A stretch of 64,000 nucleotides of DNA from an uncultured delta proteobacterium. Lineage in GTDB: Bacteria > Myxococcota_A > UBA9160 > SZUA-336. Numbering within the stretch: position 1 is the first letter of the stretch; every line of letters begins with the position of its first letter. A model generated the notes under the pieces. It was not told where the DNA came from and ran no database searches. It was given only the letters and a program-made list of their open reading frames with translations. The stretch is taken from assembly GCA_963707945.1 (NCBI GenBank), contig CAVPRM010000002.1, forward strand, positions 1,212,340-1,276,339, given 5' to 3'. A program made the position numbers and the translations under genes. Below are positions 1 through 10,654 of this stretch, one piece after another.

Positions 1-216
1 GGCTCGCCGCGCCGTCGGCGCGCGTCTCGGCGCAGCCAGGCGTTCGACCTGACGAGCGTCGAGATGGTGCAGATGCACGGCGGCGTCGGCTTCACCTGGG
101 AATACGACTGCCACCTGTTCTATCGACGCGCGAAGCATCAGTCGCTGGTACTCGGCACCGCCGCGTACTGGCGCGAGAAGCTCGTGCAGCGACTCGCCGC
201 GAAGCAAGCGGCGTAA
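1..216 (+). CDS. acyl-CoA dehydrogenase, C-terminal fragment (5' end outside window)
   Basis: Frame 1 is open from the window edge to TAA 214-216. It translates ...AFDLTSVEMVQMHGGVGFTWEYDCHLFYRRAKHQSL..., the conserved C-terminal region of acyl-CoA dehydrogenases. Confidence 0.8.
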   Translation, partial: GSPRRRRASRRSQAFDLTSVEMVQMHGGVGFTWEYDCHLFYRRAKHQSLVLGTAAYWREKLVQRLAAKQAA

Positions 217-227
217 GGGGAAATCGG

Positions 228-1447
228 ATGGACTTCAACGACACCAAGGCCGAGGCCGAGTTCCGAGCCGAGGCGCGCGCGTTCCTGACAAGCACATGAA
301 GCCGCTCGGGCCGGGCGAGGCCAACAACATGCTGGCCGAGCGCGACGACCCCGACACGATCAAGCGCGCGAAGGCCTGGCAGGCGACCAAGAAGGACAAC
401 GGCTGGGCGGTGCTCACCTGGCCGAAGGAGTTCGGCGGCCGCGAGGCCACTCCGATCCAGAACGTGATCTGGAATCAGGAGGAGGCGAAGTTCCGGGTTC
501 CGCCCGCCATCTTCGGAATCGGCCTGGGCATGCTCGGCCCCACGATCATGGCGCACGGCACGCAGGCCCAGAAGGACCGCTTCATCGCGAAGATGGCGCG
601 CGGCGACGAGATCTGGTGCCAGCTCTTCAGCGAGCCGGCGGCGGGCAGCGACCTCGCGGGCCTGCGCACGTCGGCCGTCAAGAAGGGCGACGACTGGATC
701 ATCAACGGTCAGAAGATCTGGACGACCGGCGCCCACTTCTCGAAGTGGGGCATGATCGTCACCCGCAGCGATCCGACGGTGCCCAAGCACGCCGGGCTCA
801 CCTACTTCATCGTCGACATGGAGTCGCCGGGCATCGAGATCCGCCAGATCAAGCAGATCAACGGCGGCTCGGGCTTCAACGAGGTGTTCTTCACGGACGT
901 GAAGGTTCCCGACAGCCAGCGCCTCGGGCGCGTGGGCGACGGCTGGCGCGTGGCGCTGACGACGCTCATGAACGAGCGCGCGTCGATCGGTGGCGGCGGC
1001 GGCGGCATGCGCACCGACGACCTGATCCGGATGGCGCGCGAGTCCGAGTGGAACGGCCGGCCCGCGCTCGAGGACAGCGCGGTGCGCCAGAAGATCGCGG
1101 ACTTCTACATCCGCTCGTCGGGCCTCAAGTACACCGGCTACCGCACGCTGACCGCGCTCTCGAAGGGCACCACTCCCGGACCCGAGAGCTCGATCGGCAA
1201 GCTCGTCGGCGCGCCGCTCGGCCAGGAGGTCTCGGCCTTCGCGATCGAGCTGCAGGGCCTGGCGGGCAGCGCGATGGGCGCGGCGCAGGAGGGCTACCTC
1301 GGCTCGCCGGGTCTGCGCATCGCGGGCGGCACCGACGAGATCATGCGGAACATCCTGGCGGAGCGCGTGCTGCGGCTGCCGCCCGAGCCGCGGCTCGACA
1401 AGGACAGCGCGTTCCGCGACGTCCCGACCGGCCCGCCGACGAAGTGA
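228..1447 (+). CDS. acyl-CoA dehydrogenase family protein (1-nt frameshift near the 5' end as sequenced)
   Basis: ORF 296-1447 carries ACAD-like blocks (WCQLFSEPAAGSDLAGLRT, DDWIINGQKIWTTGAH, GGTDEIMRNILAERVL). ATG 228 encodes the expected N-terminus MDFNDTKAEAEFRAEARAFL but hits TGA at 297. One missing base near 288 (ctg-aca-agc would read ctg-gac-aag-cac-atg) would join the frames. Confidence 0.85.
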
Positions 1448-1462
1448 CTCCGCCGCAGCGCT

Positions 1463-1565
1463 GGCCGAGCGAGGGCCGCCCCGAGCGAGGGCCACTGCGG
1501 GACATCGGCCCGCGGTCCGATGTCGGGGGGCGCAGCCCCGCGCAGCGAGCCACAGGCGAGCGGAG
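1463..1565 (-). repeat. GC-rich REP/MITE-like repeat, copy A (inverted relative to copies B-E)
   Basis: The reverse complement aligns with the copies at 10655, 15123, 25445 and 57085. Shared CTCGCTGCGCG and GGCCCTCGCTCGG blocks flank the 24-nt palindrome GACATCGGCCCGCGGTCCGATGTC (1501-1524). It lies between the ACAD stop (1447) and the helicase start (1579). Confidence 0.8.
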
Positions 1566-1578
1566 TTAATCAGAAGGG

Positions 1579-3976
1579 GTGATCGCGGCGGACGAGCTCG
1601 CGCACACCCTCTCGGTCGGCGTCGACGACCTCGTCGACGTCGGCCCGGTGGGGTTCGCGACGGGGGCCGACGCGCCGGACGACGAGCTGCGTGCGCTCGC
1701 GGATCTGCGCGCGGCGTATCTGGAGCGCGCCGAGCGCGGCGGCGCGCGCGTCGCGTTGCGCCTCGAGGCGGAGCTCCGCTTCGGGGACTGGACGGTGCAG
1801 GTCAGCGGGCGTGCGGACGCCGTGCAGGCAGGCGCGAACGGGGCGGCGCTCGAGGTGCTGCGCACCGTTCCCGACGACGACCCCGAGCACGGCGCCGCGC
1901 GCGCGCTCGAGCGCGCGGGCTTCGCGGCGCTTCTGCTCGAGCTCCGCGGCGAGCCGGTGGCGCGCGCCGCCGTGGTCACCCTGGCGGCGGGGGTCGAGCC
2001 CACACGGAGCGCGGTCGCCTTCGGTCGCGAGGCCTGGGGCCGCCTTCTCGCGGAGCGGGTCGAGGAGATCGCGCGGCGCACCGAGGTGGAGCTCGGCCGG
2101 GTCCGTGCGCGCCGCGCGCTCGAGCCGCGCTTTCCGTTTCCCGAGCCGCGCCCCGTGCAGCAGGCGATGCTGCGCGAGGTGGCGGGCGCCGCGGCATCCG
2201 GTCTCGTGCTCTTGTGCAGCGCGCCGACCGGCGTGGGCAAGACCGCGGCCGCGCTGTTCCCGTTCCTGTCCGCCGCGCTGCGCGAGGACCGCCGCGTCTT
2301 CTTCGTCACCTCGCGCACCTCGCAGCAGGAGCTCGCGCTCGAGACCTTGCGCGGAATGCTGCCGGCCGGCGGCGGCGCCCTCGCGCTGCAGATCTCGGCC
2401 AAGGAGCGCGTCTGCCCGCAGCAGCAGCTCGGCTGCGTCGAGCGGCGCTGCCCGTGGGGCCGCCGCTTCGCGGAGCGGCTCGCGCGCACCGGCCTCCTCG
2501 ACGAGCTCGGCGCCGGCGGCGTGGTCACGTCGGACGAGGTCGCGGCCGCGGCACGCGCGCGCGAGCTGTGCCCCTTCGAGGTCGGCCTGCACCTGGCGCG
2601 GCGCTCGAGCGTGCTCGTGTGCGACTTGAACTACGTGTTCGATCCGCGCGTCGCCCTGCGACATCTGCTGAACGAAGCCGCGGGGCGCGACCTCCTGATC
2701 GTCGACGAGGCTCACGACCTGCCGGAGCGCGCCCGCTCGGCGCTCTCGCCCGCGCTCGAGCCCGCGAAGCTCGAGGCGCTCGGCGCCGCGCTCGAGCGGC
2801 CAGCTCGAGCCGGCGTACGGGAGCGCGGGCCGCCTCCTCCTCGAGGTGGCGGAGCACTGCCGCGCGCAGGCCGAGCGGCTGGGCGAGGAGCGCGAGGGCA
2901 AAGCACCCTGGGTCGAGCCCGCCGCCCGCGGCTTCTGGGAGCCGATCGCGCTCCGCGCGACGGTCGCGCAGATGGAGACCCAGGCGCTCTGGGCGCGCGG
3001 CGAGGGCCGCCCCGAGCTGCGCGTGCAAGCGGAGCGCGCAGCGAGGCAGAGCCGAGCGGAGCCAATCGGACGCGACCCGATCCAGAGCGCGCTCGCCGAC
3101 GTGCGCGAGTTCGCGCACCGCGCGGACGCCGATCCCGAACGCTTCGCCGGGCTTTGGGCGCCGGAGCGCGCCTCGCTCTTCTGCCTCGATCCCGCGCCGT
3201 GGCTGGGTGCACGGATCAAGAGCTTCCACGCGGCGGTGCTGATGAGCGCGACGCTCGCGCCGCTCGAGCACCACGCGCGCCTGCTCGGCGTGGACGGCCC
3301 GCGGGCCCTCTCGCTCGACCTGCCCTGCCCGTTCCCGCGCGAGAACCGGCTGCTGGTCGCGGTCGACTCGGTCGACACCCGCTTCAAGGTGCGCGGCGAG
3401 CACGCGGAGGCGATCGCGCGCACGATCGCGCGCTCGCTCGCCACGCGGCGCGGCAACTGGCTGGCGTTCTTCCCGAGCTTCGCGTTCCGCGACGAGGTGC
3501 TCGCGAAGCTGCCGCGCGGCGAGCACCGGGTGCTGCTGCAGCTCCCCGGCGCGCCTGTCGAGCCGATCCTCGAGCGGCTTCGCCAAAACAAGAGTGAGAC
3601 TTTGCTCATCTGCGGCGTACACGGCGGCGTGTTGGCGGAGGGCGTCGACTACCCGGGCGAGATGGCGATCGGCGTCTTCGTCGTCGGCCCGGGGCTGCCG
3701 AAGGTCGAGCTCGAGCGCGAGCTGGTGCGCGAGCGCTTCGAGCGCGAGCTCGGCGCAGGCTTCGAGTACGCCTATCTCGTGCCGGGACTTGCCCGCGCGG
3801 TGCAGGCGGGCGGCCGCGTGCTGCGCGGGCCCGACGACGTCGCGGCGATCGTGTTGCTCGACCGCCGCTTCGGCGAGCCCGAGTACTTCGACCGGCTGCC
3901 GGCGTGGTGGCGCACGGAGATGGTGCGCGCGAGCGATCCGGTCCCCGCGCTCGAGGCGTTCTGGCGCAGGGGCTAG
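1579..3976 (+). pseudogene. XPD/DinG-type Fe-S DNA helicase (superfamily 2), frameshifted near 2795-2801
   Basis: ORFs 1579-3597 and 2846-3976 together give one protein. It has Walker A CSAPTGVGKT, four Cys (CPQQQLGCVERRCPWG...ELCPFE), a DEAH box (IVDEAHDL), and the C-terminal motifs GVHGGVLAEGVDYPG and AGGRVLRGPDD. The frames join at ...LGAALE / GQLEPAYGSAGRLLLEVAEH. GTG start 1579 follows GAAGGGG. Confidence 0.8.
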
Positions 3977-3988
3977 CGGCCGACCGTT

Positions 3989-5212
3989 TTGCAAAGCTTT
4001 GGGGAGGTGAGGACCGCGATCCGGCGCTGTGTTGCTGCGTTCGCGCTGGCGCTGGCCGCGCTCGCGTACTTCGAGCTCGCCTGGCCGCCGCGCTACGAGT
4101 TCCCGCCGCCGACCCCGTTCGCGGGCGACCGCTGGTACAACCCGAACGCGGGCTATCGCGGCGGGGGCCTCGTCGCGAACTTCCACGCGCACTCCGAGGT
4201 CTGGGGCGGGCTCACCTTCGGCGACACGCCCCGCCACGAGCTCTACGCGCTCTACAAGGCGCGCGGCTACGACGTGATCGGGATCAGCGACTACATGACC
4301 CTGGCGCCGCCGCAGGCCGAGAACGACATCTACATTTCCGCCTACGAGCACGGCTTCACGCCCGGACGTCACCACCAGACGGTGCTCGGCGCGCGCCGGG
4401 TCTCGTGGTTCGACTACCCGCTCGGCGGCTCCGTCGACCAGAAGCAGGACGTCATCGATCGACTGCGGCCCGACGCGCAGTACCTGATCCTGAACCACCC
4501 GACCAAGGCCGACTCGTACGCCTTCGAGGACTTCGCGAAGCTGACCGGCTACGACGCGCTCGAGGTCGCCAGCAAGTACGGCCTGTGGGAGGACTTCTGG
4601 GACGGCGCGCTCTCCGCGGGCCGCCCGGTCTGGGGCGTCGCGTCGGACGACGGGCACGCCTCCGTCGAGCTGGGAGCCGGCAGCCACGTCGGCATCGCGT
4701 ATCTCGTGATCCACAGTGTCGAGCGCACCGCCCTGGGCGTGCTCGCCGCGCTGCGCGCCGGCCGCTTCCACGCCATGTACACCCGCGACGGCCAGCCTCC
4801 GATCGAGCTCCTCGGGTGCGAGCTCGAGGGCGACGTGCTGACCGTGCGCGCGGGCGAGACCGCCGACGTGATCCGGTTCATCGGCCAGCACGGGCGCATT
4901 CTGCTCGACGAGCGCAAGCGTTCCGAAGCCAGCTACACCCTGACCGCGGACGATCCGTACGTGCGGGTCGAGGTGGTCGCGCGCCGCGCGATCCTCTACC
5001 TGAACCCGCTGATCCGCTGGGACGGCGTCGCGCTGCCCAAGCCCGAAGCGCGCTTCCTGATCGGGAGAACCTGGGCGATCCGCTCGGCGGGTGCCCTCGT
5101 CTTCGCGCTCGCGGTCATCGCCTGGCGCGGAACAGCACGTAGCCTCCGTCGCGCGCCAGAACGTCGAGCCGATTCCGCGCAGGAAAGCGCGCCAGCTGAG
5201 GCTCGCCGGTGA
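3989..5212 (+). CDS. PHP/CehA-type metal-dependent phosphoesterase-like membrane protein
   Basis: 407-aa ORF with an N-terminal TM helix, an HxH motif (ANFHAHSEVWGG), later NHP and SDDGHA ligand-like motifs, and a C-terminal TM helix. The start is uncertain (TTG 3989 or GTG 4007). The 3' end overlaps the convergent gene by 98 nt. Confidence 0.55.
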   Translation: MQSFGEVRTAIRRCVAAFALALAALAYFELAWPPRYEFPPPTPFAGDRWYNPNAGYRGGGLVANFHAHSEVWGGLTFGDTPRHELYALYKARGYDVIGISDYMTLAPPQAENDIYISAYEHGFTPGRHHQTVLGARRVSWFDYPLGGSVDQKQDVIDRLRPDAQYLILNHPTKADSYAFEDFAKLTGYDALEVASKYGLWEDFWDGALSAGRPVWGVASDDGHASVELGAGSHVGIAYLVIHSVERTALGVLAALRAGRFHAMYTRDGQPPIELLGCELEGDVLTVRAGETADVIRFIGQHGRILLDERKRSEASYTLTADDPYVRVEVVARRAILYLNPLIRWDGVALPKPEARFLIGRTWAIRSAGALVFALAVIAWRGTARSLRRAPERRADSAQESAPAEARR

Positions 5213-6749
5213 TCCCCACGCCTGCACCCTCGCCGGAGAAGAACAGAACGTCGGCGCGGCTATGGTCCTCGACGCTCGTGAAGGCGGTCGCTCGCTGGGC
5301 CGAGAAGCAGATGCCCGAGCGGTGGCGCAGGCCGATCACCCCGATCGCCTGATCGGGCGGAACCAGCGCCGCGGCCTGGACCGCGAGCCGGCGCAGCGGC
5401 GCGGCGAGCTGCGCGTCGACGCGCGCCGCGACCCCCTGAAACAGGATCGTGTAGGCGCACACCGACGCGGCGCCGAGCGCGATCAGCGCCGGCTCGCGCC
5501 GCACGCGCCAGAGGATCTGGAACGCGCCCGCCCCCGCGACCAGGGCGATCGCCACCAGCGCCGGCCCCAGTCCCAACGCGAGCCCGGCCGCGAGCCCCGG
5601 CAGCCGCTCCGCGCGCGGGCCCAGGATTTCCGGCAGCCGCGCCGCGACGCCGGGAAGCAGGACGCTCGCGAGCGCGACGAGCCCGACGAACGCGAGCGCC
5701 GCGCGGAACGAGACGGCGAACGGCCGGTCGCGCTCACCGTGCGGCGCTGCGAGCAGCGCCCCGATCAGGAGCGCGATTCCCGGCAGCGCAGGCGCGATGT
5801 AGTTCGCGAGCTTGGTCGCGGCGATGGAGAAGAACACGAACGTGATTCCCGAGAAGAGCGCGAACAGGCGCAGGAAGCGCGCGCGCTCGCCGCCAGTGCG
5901 AAGGCCCGCGCGCGCGAACGCGAGCGGCGCGAATGAGCTCCACGGGAACAGCCCGACCAGGAGCACGGGCAGGTAGTACAGCGCGTTCCCGCCGTGGCCC
6001 TGCATGGGCGCGCTGAAGCGGCCGACGTGGTGCTCCAGGAACAGGTCGCGCATGAACGCGAACCCGCCCGGCTGGGTGAGGCCGAGCGCGAGGTACCACG
6101 AGAAGCCGAGCCCGACTACGAGCGCGAGACCGGTCGAGAGCCAGCTCGGGCGCAGCGCTTCGCGAAGCTGGCCGCGCAGCGCGAGCTCGACCAGGCCCGC
6201 CGCGCCGGGCAGGAGCACCCCGATCGCCCCCTTGGTCAGGATCGCGAGCGCCGCTGCGCCGGCGGCGAGCGCGAACCAGCCGAGCCCCTTCTCAGGCGCC
6301 TCGAAGGCGCGGTGCAGCGCGCCGACGCAGACCGTGAACCAGAGCAGGAGGAGCATGTCGGTGTAGGCCAGCCGCGCGAGCGCGCCGAACTCGAAGCTCG
6401 TCGCGAGCACGAACGCGCCCGCGAACGCCGCGCGCTCGCCGAGCGGACGCCGCGCGAAGGCGAACAGTACCAGCGGCGCAGCGAGACCGGCCAGGGCCGT
6501 CGCGAGCCGCACGCCGGCCGGCCCGACGCCGAGCAGCTTCATGCCCAGCGCCATGCTCCAGTACAGGAGCGGCGGCTTCTCGAAGAACGCCGCCCCGCAC
6601 AGCTTCGGCGCCAGCCAGTCGCCGCTCGCGAGCATCGTGCGCGCAACGTCGCCGTACGCGGACTCGTCGTAGTCGACCAAGCCCACCGCTCCCAGCCCGA
6701 AGAGCGGCACCATCCCGAGCGCAATCAACCAAGCGACCGGCTGCTTCAC
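5115..6749 (-). CDS. ArnT/PMT-like GT-C glycosyltransferase (family 39/83), polytopic membrane protein
   Basis: 544 aa with many hydrophobic helices. N-terminal DESAYGDVARTMLASGDWLAPKLCGAAFFEKPPLLYW matches the DE..Y / KPPL loop signature of ArnT-type transferases. Confidence 0.85.
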   Translation of the reverse strand: MKQPVAWLIALGMVPLFGLGAVGLVDYDESAYGDVARTMLASGDWLAPKLCGAAFFEKPPLLYWSMALGMKLLGVGPAGVRLATALAGLAAPLVLFAFARRPLGERAAFAGAFVLATSFEFGALARLAYTDMLLLLWFTVCVGALHRAFEAPEKGLGWFALAAGAAALAILTKGAIGVLLPGAAGLVELALRGQLREALRPSWLSTGLALVVGLGFSWYLALGLTQPGGFAFMRDLFLEHHVGRFSAPMQGHGGNALYYLPVLLVGLFPWSSFAPLAFARAGLRTGGERARFLRLFALFSGITFVFFSIAATKLANYIAPALPGIALLIGALLAAPHGERDRPFAVSFRAALAFVGLVALASVLLPGVAARLPEILGPRAERLPGLAAGLALGLGPALVAIALVAGAGAFQILWRVRREPALIALGAASVCAYTILFQGVAARVDAQLAAPLRRLAVQAAALVPPDQAIGVIGLRHRSGICFSAQRATAFTSVEDHSRADVLFFSGEGAGVGITGEPQLARFPARNRLDVLARDGGYVLFRARR

Positions 6750-6782
6750 GAGGCGCGCAGCATAGCGCTACGCTCCGCCGCG

Positions 6783-7520
6783 ATGCCGCCCAGCGTCCCA
6801 GATCTGATGCGCGCGCGCCGCGTGCTGTGCGTGCAGCCGCACTACGACGACAACGACCTCGGCGCGGGCGGAACCATCGCGGCGCTCGCCGATGCCGGGG
6901 CCGAGGTGCACTATCTGACGGTCGCGGACGACCTGGTCGGCGTGCTCGACCGCTCGCTGTCCGACCGCGAGGCGCTGCGCCGGATCGTTTCCGAGCAGCG
7001 CGCCGCAGGGGCAGAGCTCGGCGTCGCCGCGCACGAGCGGCTCGACCTGCCCGACGCGGGCGACTGGGACTCGCTGGCGCTGCGCGCGGCGATCGTCCGC
7101 AGCCTGCGCCGCCTGCGCCCGGACTTCGTGCTGACCGTGGACCCCTGGCTGCCGCTCGAGGCGCACCGCGACCACACGCGAACGGGCCTGGCCGTCGCCG
7201 AGGCGTGTCTCCTGTTCGGGCTGCCGCGGCTCGCGAGCGGCGACCCCGAGCTCGACCGGCGCTTCGAGCCGTACGCGCTCGCGGGGGTCGGCTTCTACTT
7301 CACGGCCGCGCCGAACGCCTGGTTCGACATCGGCGCCACCCGCGCGCGGAAGCACCGCGCGCTCGACACCTACACTGCGCAGTTCACCCCCGAGCAGCTC
7401 CGCGGCCTGCACGCCGGGCTCGAGCGCAAGGAGCGCGAGTGGGCGCGCGGCCGGGGCTTCGAGTACGGTGAGGCGCTCCAGCTCGTCCCGCCGGGACGGC
7501 TCCACGTAGGTCTCGACTGA
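6783..7520 (+). CDS. PIG-L/LmbE family deacetylase
   Basis: ATG 6783 lies inside the long shadow ORF 5994-7520. VLCVQPHYDDNDLGAGGTIA plus the HRDH motif are typical of the LmbE/PIG-L zinc deacetylase fold. Confidence 0.8.
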   Translation: MPPSVPDLMRARRVLCVQPHYDDNDLGAGGTIAALADAGAEVHYLTVADDLVGVLDRSLSDREALRRIVSEQRAAGAELGVAAHERLDLPDAGDWDSLALRAAIVRSLRRLRPDFVLTVDPWLPLEAHRDHTRTGLAVAEACLLFGLPRLASGDPELDRRFEPYALAGVGFYFTAAPNAWFDIGATRARKHRALDTYTAQFTPEQLRGLHAGLERKEREWARGRGFEYGEALQLVPPGRLHVGLD

Positions 7521-7524
7521 TCCC

Positions 7525-8706
7525 ATGGACGCCCACTACCGCAGCCCGATCAATCGCGACGTGCCGCCCGCGCGGCGCGGCGAGTTCGCGCCGCTGCAGT
7601 TCGGCGGGCTCCAGGTCTGGCCGCCCGTCGTGCTGGCGCCGATGGCGGGCGTCACCAACGCGCCCTTCCGCGCGCTGTGCAAGCGCTTTGGCGCAGGGCT
7701 CTACGTCTCCGAGATGATCACCGCGCGGGCGCTGGTCGAGGGCAACGAGAAGACGCTGCGGCTCGCGGGCTTCAGCCCCGAGGAGAAGCCGCGCAGCCTG
7801 CAGCTCTACGGCGTCGATCCGCACTACGTCGGCGAAGCGGTCGGCTGGCTGGTCGACTCCGCGCGGGTCGACCACATCGACATGAACTTCGGCTGTCCCG
7901 TGCGCAAGGTGACACGGCGCGGCGGCGGAGCGGCGCTCCCGCTGCGGCCGCGCCTCCTGCGCAACATCGTGCGCGCGGCGGTGAAGCGCGCGCGGGGCGT
8001 GCCGGTCACGCTGAAGTTCCGGATCGGCGTCGACGCCGACCACCACACCTTCCTGGACTGCGGCCGGATCGCCGAGGACGAGGGCTGTGCCGCGGTCGCC
8101 CTGCACGCACGCACCGCTGCGCAGCTCTACGACGGCGAGGCGGACTGGAGCGCGATCGCGGCGCTGAAGGAAGCCGTGCGGTCCATCCCGGTGCTGGGCA
8201 ACGGCGACATCTGGGAAGCCGAGGACGCGCTGCGCATGATGCGCGCGACCGGCTGCGACGGCGTCGTGGTGGGGCGCGGCTGCCTCGGCCGGCCCTGGCT
8301 GTTCCGCGACCTCGCGGACGTCTTCGACGGCCGCCCGCCCGAGAATCCGCCCCGCCTCGGCGAGATCGCGGACCTGATGCTCGAGCACGCCCGCCTGCTC
8401 GCGCGCTGGTTCGGCGAGGAGTACGGCGTGCGCGGCTTTCGCAAGCACGCGAGCTGGTACACGAAGGGCTTCCGCAACGGCAAGCCGCTGCGCGTGCATC
8501 TGTCGGTGGTGCGCGATCTCGAGGAGCTCGAGGAGCTGCTCGCCGAGGTCGACCGCGAGGAGACCTTCCCGATCGCCGCCATGCGCGTCCCGCGCGGCAA
8601 GAGCGGCGGCACCCAGCGCGTGACCTTGCCCGAGGGCTGGCTCGAGAATCGCGACGACGAGACCCCGCCCGGCGCCGAGGCCGAGGACCCCACCTCGGGC
8701 GGCTAG
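7525..8706 (+). CDS. dus: tRNA-dihydrouridine synthase
   Basis: LAPMAGVTNAPFR, DMNFGCPVRKV, LHARTAAQLY and GNGDI motifs of the Dus FMN TIM-barrel family; 393 aa. Confidence 0.9.
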   Translation: MDAHYRSPINRDVPPARRGEFAPLQFGGLQVWPPVVLAPMAGVTNAPFRALCKRFGAGLYVSEMITARALVEGNEKTLRLAGFSPEEKPRSLQLYGVDPHYVGEAVGWLVDSARVDHIDMNFGCPVRKVTRRGGGAALPLRPRLLRNIVRAAVKRARGVPVTLKFRIGVDADHHTFLDCGRIAEDEGCAAVALHARTAAQLYDGEADWSAIAALKEAVRSIPVLGNGDIWEAEDALRMMRATGCDGVVVGRGCLGRPWLFRDLADVFDGRPPENPPRLGEIADLMLEHARLLARWFGEEYGVRGFRKHASWYTKGFRNGKPLRVHLSVVRDLEELEELLAEVDREETFPIAAMRVPRGKSGGTQRVTLPEGWLENRDDETPPGAEAEDPTSGG

Positions 8707-8772
8707 CTGCGCGCGCGCTGCGTCACGGTTGCACAGGGACCGACGCACGCGCGAATTAGGGTCAAGCTCACA

Positions 8773-10653
8773 ATGCCGCAGGCCGAAGCGTTGGCGATGC
8801 AAGCGCCCCTAGGCCTGCCGTCGGGCTCCATCGTCGCCGACCGGTACGAGCTCACCGGTGAGCTCGGCCGAGGCGAGCGCTCGATCGTGTACTCCGCGCG
8901 GGACCGGCGCAGCGGCGGCGACGTCGCGCTGAAGCTGCTCGCGCTCTCGCCGGCGACCGCGCACTTCGCTCGCCAGCGACTGCGCCGTGAGTCGGAGATC
9001 GTGCGCGCGCTCGCGCACCCCGGCATCGTGCGGCCGCTCGAGATCGTCGACCACGGATCCTGGAGCCTGATCGCGATGGAGATCGTCAGCGGCCGGTCGC
9101 TGGCCGGCGCCGTCGCCGCCGAAGGACCCCTGCACCCCGAAGCCGTCGCGCGGCTGGGCAACGAGATCGCCGATGCGCTCTCCGCGGCGCACCGCTGCGG
9201 GGTCGTCCACCACGACCTGAAGCCCGAGAACATCCTGCTCGACGCGGGCGGCCGCGCGCGGCTCACCGACTTCGGCTGTGCGCGGCTCGAGGGCCAGGCG
9301 CTGCTGACGTTGCCCGAGGATCCGGTCGCGCTCGCGGCCTACCTGCCGCCCGAGGTGGTCGAGGGCCAGATCGCGGACCCGCGCTCGGACGTGTATTCGC
9401 TGGGTCTCGTGCTCTATTTCGCTCTGGTCGGAAACGTGCCCAAGGGCCAGCGCCCCAACCTCCCGCCGCCGCCGCTCGCGGGCGGCTACCACCCGCGCGA
9501 GCGCCGGGCCGACGTGCCCGAGTGGCTCGACGAGATCGTGGCGCGCGCGACTCGCGCCGAGCCGGGCCATCGGCTCGAGACCGCGGAGCGCTTCGGCCGC
9601 GCGCTCGCCCAGCGCTCGCTGGAGAGTCGCGGCGACGAGGCGGCCGAAGGCCGCGCGCTGCGCGTGTGCGTCCTGTGCCGCAAGCCGGGCACGCTCGGCC
9701 GCGCGGTGTGTCCGCACTGCGAGGACGTCGAGGGCGGCGAGGCCGATCAGCTCGTCATGGTCGTGCCCGCGCGCGGCCGCGACCTGCGCGCCAGTCAGGT
9801 CAGGCTGCTGTCCGAGCTGACCAGCATTCCCGCGCGGCAGCTCGCCCTTCGCAGCGCCGTGCGCGCGCAGCGGGCGCTGGTTCGGGTGTCGAGCGCACAC
9901 GCCGAAGTGTTGGTGAAGCGGCTGCGCGGGCGCGGCATCGAGGCCCGCGCGCTGCCGCTCGATCGCGCCTGGCGCGCGCTTCCGCACTGGTCGCTGGCGC
10001 TCGCCGCGGCGACGGTGCTCGCAGGCGCGAGCGCGGCCTGTGCCGGCTTCCCGCTCCTGCTCGCCGCGTGCGCGGTTCCCGCCAGCGCCGCGCTGATCGC
10101 GGGCTGGTCCTGGATCCAGCGCGAGACCCTGCTCGGCGACAAGAGCGACGTCCCGCCGCCGGCCGCGCTGGTGCGCGCCGTGTCCGACGCGATGCCCCGG
10201 CTGCAAGTCGGGCAGGGACGCAAGCTCCTGATCGAGCTCCTGCGCATCGGCCGTGATCTGTGGCTGCGGCTGTGCGCGGGCGAGACCTCGGATGGCGCGC
10301 GCTCGGAGCTCACCGCCGCGCTCCTGTGTGGCTGCGACGCCGCCAGCGAGCTCGCGCGCCAGGACGGAATCCTCGACGCGCTCCAGCTCCACGGCGAGCG
10401 CCGCAACGAGCCGCCGCCGGGGCTCATGGAGAGCCGCGCGCTGTACCACAGCGCGCGCAGCCGGCTCGTGCAGGCCATGCTCGAGTGCGCCGCCTCGCTC
10501 TCGCGCCTGCGCGCGCAGGACATGGTCGAGCCCGAGGACGAGCGCCGCGCGCTGCACGCCGTCTGCTTCGAGCTGCGCGAAGAGCTCGAAGCGGTCCAGA
10601 AGCAGGCGGACGAGGCGTCGCAGCTCTTCCCCGGCCGGCCGGTCAGGCTTTAG
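8773..10653 (+). CDS. Hanks-type serine/threonine protein kinase with zinc-ribbon, TM and C-terminal helical regions
   Basis: GELGRGERSIVY ... VALK, HHDLKPENILL, DFG and PPE motifs. These are followed by CVLCRK...CPHC, hydrophobic segments (LALAAATVLAGASAACAGFPLLLAACAV) and a helical tail. Confidence 0.9.
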   Translation: MPQAEALAMQAPLGLPSGSIVADRYELTGELGRGERSIVYSARDRRSGGDVALKLLALSPATAHFARQRLRRESEIVRALAHPGIVRPLEIVDHGSWSLIAMEIVSGRSLAGAVAAEGPLHPEAVARLGNEIADALSAAHRCGVVHHDLKPENILLDAGGRARLTDFGCARLEGQALLTLPEDPVALAAYLPPEVVEGQIADPRSDVYSLGLVLYFALVGNVPKGQRPNLPPPPLAGGYHPRERRADVPEWLDEIVARATRAEPGHRLETAERFGRALAQRSLESRGDEAAEGRALRVCVLCRKPGTLGRAVCPHCEDVEGGEADQLVMVVPARGRDLRASQVRLLSELTSIPARQLALRSAVRAQRALVRVSSAHAEVLVKRLRGRGIEARALPLDRAWRALPHWSLALAAATVLAGASAACAGFPLLLAACAVPASAALIAGWSWIQRETLLGDKSDVPPPAALVRAVSDAMPRLQVGQGRKLLIELLRIGRDLWLRLCAGETSDGARSELTAALLCGCDAASELARQDGILDALQLHGERRNEPPPGLMESRALYHSARSRLVQAMLECAASLSRLRAQDMVEPEDERRALHAVCFELREELEAVQKQADEASQLFPGRPVRL

Positions 10654-10654
10654 C

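Noticed and set aside
92-1495. 467-aa ORF on the minus strand (also 616-1569 on the plus strand)
   Set aside because: It is antisense or out of frame to a well-supported acyl-CoA dehydrogenase. Its Arg/Ala/Gly-rich low-complexity translation is typical of shadow ORFs in very GC-rich DNA, where stop codons are rare.
5115-5212. Long overlaps of gene ends: a 98-nt convergent overlap here, 56 nt at 40185-40240, 41 nt at 41448-41488, and 85 nt co-directional at 22960-23044
   Set aside because: They are most simply explained by the scarcity of stop codons in GC-rich sequence, or by undetected indels that extend ORF tails. There is no evidence of antisense regulation.
2525-5227. 900-aa minus-strand ORF (and 1570-3609, 679 aa)
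   Set aside because: It runs antisense across the helicase and PHP genes. It has no motifs and a composition dominated by R, A, G and E. The plus-strand genes explain the region.
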